Below, piece after piece: positions 21,811-24,000 of a stretch of 24,000 nt of DNA (the first letter of the stretch is position 1; each line of letters starts with the position of its first letter). The DNA is from Aquipuribacter sp. SD81 (GTDB lineage Bacteria > Actinomycetota > Actinomycetes > Actinomycetales > JBBAYJ01). The translations under genes and the position numbers were made by a program. The notes beneath the pieces are model-generated. The model saw only the letters and a program-made list of their open reading frames with translations. It did not search any database and was not told where the DNA came from. The stretch is taken from the NCBI RefSeq assembly GCF_037153975.1, contig NZ_JBBAYJ010000021.1, positions 815 through 24,814 on the forward strand. Reading direction: 5' to 3'.

Positions 21811-22209
21811 TCAGGCAGCGGCCTTCTTGGTCTCCCAGAAGATCTCGGCGATCTCGTCGATCTTGCCGAGCAGCTGGTCGGCGACCGCGGGGTCCGTGCT
21901 GCCCTTGACGCCGCTGGCGCCCGCGAGCTTGGTGGTCTCGTTGAACAGCTCGTGCAGCTGCGGGTACTTCTCGAAGTGCGGCGGCTTGAAGTAGTCCGTC
22001 CACAGCACCCACAGGTGGTGCTTGACGAGGTCCGCGCGCTCCTCCTTGATCTGGATGGCGCGCTGCTTGAAGTCGGCGTCGTCGGAGCCGTGGAACTTCG
22101 TCATGCAGCCCTTGACGGACTCGGCCTCGATGCGGGCCTGCGCGGGGTCGTAGACCCCGCACGGCAGGTCGCAGTGCGCCGCGGCCTCGACGATCCAGGA
22201 ACGGGTCAT
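21811..22209 (-). CDS. sodN: Nickel-containing superoxide dismutase precursor
   Basis: ATG 22209. The pro-peptide MTRSWIVEAAA is followed by the Ni-hook HCDLPCGVYDPAQARIEAESV. Further blocks are VLWTDYFKPPHFEKYPQLH and IFWETKKA. Confidence 0.95.
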   Translation of the reverse strand: MTRSWIVEAAAHCDLPCGVYDPAQARIEAESVKGCMTKFHGSDDADFKQRAIQIKEERADLVKHHLWVLWTDYFKPPHFEKYPQLHELFNETTKLAGASGVKGSTDPAVADQLLGKIDEIAEIFWETKKAAA

Positions 22210-22284
22210 GAGATGCGCATCCTTCCGGCAGGCGTGTGGTCCGGGGGCGGGACGCCCACACCGGACGCCTGCGACAGTACCCGC

Positions 22285-22653
22285 GTGACCCCGAGGCCGC
22301 GCCCCGGCGCGAGCCGCCCCCGTCGCTGGCTGCTCGTGCGCGTCCGGGGCGTCTCGATGGAGCCGACGCTCGGCGACGGCGACCTCGTGCTCGCCCGTGC
22401 GGGCGCGTCGCCGCGGGTCGGCGACGTCGTCGTCGCCGACCTGCCCGGCGGTCGCGGCACCGGCGTGAAGCGCGCGGTGCACCGCGAGGACGGCGGCTGG
22501 TGGCTGGAGCGCGACAGCACCGGTGCCGGCAGCGACTCGTGGCTCTTCGGTGCGGTCGCCGACGACGCGGTCCTCGCCGTGGTCCGGCTCCGGCTGCTGC
22601 CCCGACCCGGTCGCCTGCGCCCCCGTCCGGGCCGTCCCGACGTGCCCGGCTGA
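22285..22653 (+). CDS. sodX: NiSOD maturation endopeptidase (S26 signal-peptidase-like)
   Basis: It is divergent from sodN. The catalytic Ser motif is GVSMEPTLGDGD and the Lys motif is GVKRAV. The start is uncertain: GTG 22285 is used, and in-frame ATG 22213 lies only 3 nt from the sodN start codon. Confidence 0.75.
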   Translation: MTPRPRPGASRPRRWLLVRVRGVSMEPTLGDGDLVLARAGASPRVGDVVVADLPGGRGTGVKRAVHREDGGWWLERDSTGAGSDSWLFGAVADDAVLAVVRLRLLPRPGRLRPRPGRPDVPG

Positions 22654-22676
22654 GCCCTGACCTGCAGGCTCGGGGC

Positions 22677-23330
22677 ATGACGCCGACGACACCGGCCCCC
22701 GAGCGTCCCGGTGCCCAGCAGTGGGTGCCGCCCGACGCCGACGTCGACGCCCTGCGGGCGGCGGCGACTGGCTGCCGTGGCTGCGAGCTGTGGGAGCCCG
22801 CCACCCAGGTCGTCGTGTCCGCGGGCAACCCGCGCGCCCGCGCCGTCCTCGTCGGCGAGCAGCCCGGGGACGTCGAGGACCGGCAGGGCATCCCCTTCGT
22901 CGGGCCCGCGGGGCGGCTGCTGCAGCGCGCGCTCGACGAGGCCGGCGTCGCGCGCGCCGACGTCTACGTGACCAACGCCGTCAAGCACTTCCGCTTCGAG
23001 CCGCGCGGCAACCGGCGCATCCACCAGACCCCCGAGCTCGCCCACATGGTCGCGTGCCGGCCGTGGCTGGAGGCCGAGGTCGCCGCCGTCGAGCCGGACG
23101 TGCTCGTCGCGCTCGGCGCGACCGCGGGCAAGACCCTGCTCGGGCCCTCGTTCCGCGTGACGAAGGAGCGCGGGCGCCTGGAGGAGCGCGACACCGTCGC
23201 CGGGAGGCGCCTCGTGCTGCCGACGGTCCACCCGTCCTCGATCCTGCGCGGGCCGGAGGAGCAGCGCGAGGAGGCCTTCGCCGCGCTCGTCGCCGACCTC
23301 GCCGTGCTCGCGCGCCACCTCGCGGGCTGA
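22677..23330 (+). CDS. udgX: UdgX-type family-4-like uracil-DNA glycosylase (covalent uracil-DNA crosslinking type)
   Basis: ATG 22677. It is colinear with my recollection of M. smegmatis UdgX. Shared blocks are CRGC, motif A GEQPGD.ED..G.PFVGPAGRLL, YVTNAVKHF.F and the extra loop NRRIH (KRRIH in Msm, carrying the crosslinking His). VACRPWL, VEPDV, LGATA, FRVT..RG and VHPSS.LRGP are also shared. Confidence 0.8.
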   Translation: MTPTTPAPERPGAQQWVPPDADVDALRAAATGCRGCELWEPATQVVVSAGNPRARAVLVGEQPGDVEDRQGIPFVGPAGRLLQRALDEAGVARADVYVTNAVKHFRFEPRGNRRIHQTPELAHMVACRPWLEAEVAAVEPDVLVALGATAGKTLLGPSFRVTKERGRLEERDTVAGRRLVLPTVHPSSILRGPEEQREEAFAALVADLAVLARHLAG

Positions 23331-23358
23331 ACGGCGCCCGGGAGCCGTCGCGGCGCGC

Positions 23359-24000
23359 TCAGGGCACGAGCACGACCTTGCCGACGACCTCGCCGGACAC
23401 CATGCGTGCGAACCCGTCGGCGGCGTCCGCCATGGGCAGGACGCTGTCGACGAGCGGACGCACGCCGCTGCTCGCGCACAGCCGCAGCAGCCGGCCGAGC
23501 TCCTCGCGGGTGCCCATGGTCGAGCCGAGCACCCGCAGCTGCAGGAAGAAGACCCGCTGCAGGTCCGCGGGCGGCATGGCCCCGGACGTGGCCCCCGACA
23601 CCACGACCGCGCCGCCCGGGCGCAGCGCGCGCAGCGAGTGCGACCACGTCGCCTCGCCGACGGTCTCCATGACGGCGTCGACCCGCTCCGGCAGCCGCTC
23701 CCCGCTGGGGAACGCCGCGTCCGCGCCGAGCTCCAGCGCCCTCCGGCGCTTGCCCTCGTCGCGGCTCGTCACCCACATGCGCAGCCCGGCGGCCGCGCCG
23801 AGGCTGACGAGCGCCGTGGCGACGCCGCCGCCCGCCCCCTGCACGAGCACCGTCTGCCCCGGCGCGGCCCCGGCCTTGGTGAAGAGCATCCGATAGGCCG
23901 TCAGCCACGACGTCGGCAGGCACGCCGCCTCCTCGAACGACAGCCCCGCGGGCTTCGGCACGAGGTTGCGCCGCGGCACGTGCACGGTCGTGGTGAACGT
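23359..24000 (-). CDS. Medium-chain dehydrogenase/reductase (quinone oxidoreductase/Zn-ADH-like); C-terminal ~213 aa, 5' end beyond window
   Basis: The frame is open to the window edge. The nucleotide-binding motif is VLVQGAGGGVATALV. Flanking blocks LSFEEAACLPTSWLTAYRML and GKVVLVP are typical of the MDR/Qor family. Confidence 0.85.
   Translation of the reverse strand, partial: TFTTTVHVPRRNLVPKPAGLSFEEAACLPTSWLTAYRMLFTKAGAAPGQTVLVQGAGGGVATALVSLGAAAGLRMWVTSRDEGKRRRALELGADAAFPSGERLPERVDAVMETVGEATWSHSLRALRPGGAVVVSGATSGAMPPADLQRVFFLQLRVLGSTMGTREELGRLLRLCASSGVRPLVDSVLPMADAADGFARMVSGEVVGKVVLVP

Overview
This is a very GC-rich, GC3-saturated actinobacterial chromosomal segment, almost entirely coding, with about 27 protein genes supported. 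Most of it is conserved core genome. It carries a thiol-stress block (sigH-rshA, with the small TB7.3-like biotinyl protein nearby and an SRAP/YedK peptidase, aroA and rsgA adjacent, an arrangement I recall from mycobacteria). It also carries hisN, the Ni-superoxide dismutase pair sodN/sodX, a UdgX-type uracil-DNA glycosylase, a GGDEF-EAL membrane protein, a ferredoxin-reductase-like flavoprotein and a LysR/EamA divergent pair. Two secreted peptidoglycan hydrolases (M23 and NlpC/P60) share a paralogous coiled-coil N-terminal module. Other genes are an orphan pilT, a GNAT acetyltransferase and a 24-codon bL37-like ribosomal protein gene. The only clearly mobile item is one intact IS110-family element (transposase 17273-18511) sitting between the rshA and bL37 terminator hairpins. 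Its long 5' non-coding end is a candidate bridge/guide RNA. I found no CRISPR array, tRNA/rRNA, prophage or recognisable defence island, and no convincing novel multi-gene system. The points most worth a second look are listed here.
- A 203-bp in-frame microsatellite gives the EamA permease a (TP)n tail.
- An anti-sigma-kinase-like ATPase is paired with an uncharacterised partner.
- A sigma-H-type promoter is placed to give a leaderless, N-terminally extended SigH isoform.
- A 4-codon uORF is start-stop coupled to a hypothetical membrane protein that is itself GTGA-coupled to the GNAT gene.
- A 112-bp convergent overlap joins the GGDEF-EAL gene and a GGCT-like gene.
- The DoxX protein carries a Lys/Ala-rich tail.
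All coordinates were hand-indexed. Start codons are best guesses. Family calls rest on motifs I recognise in the translations, not on database searches.
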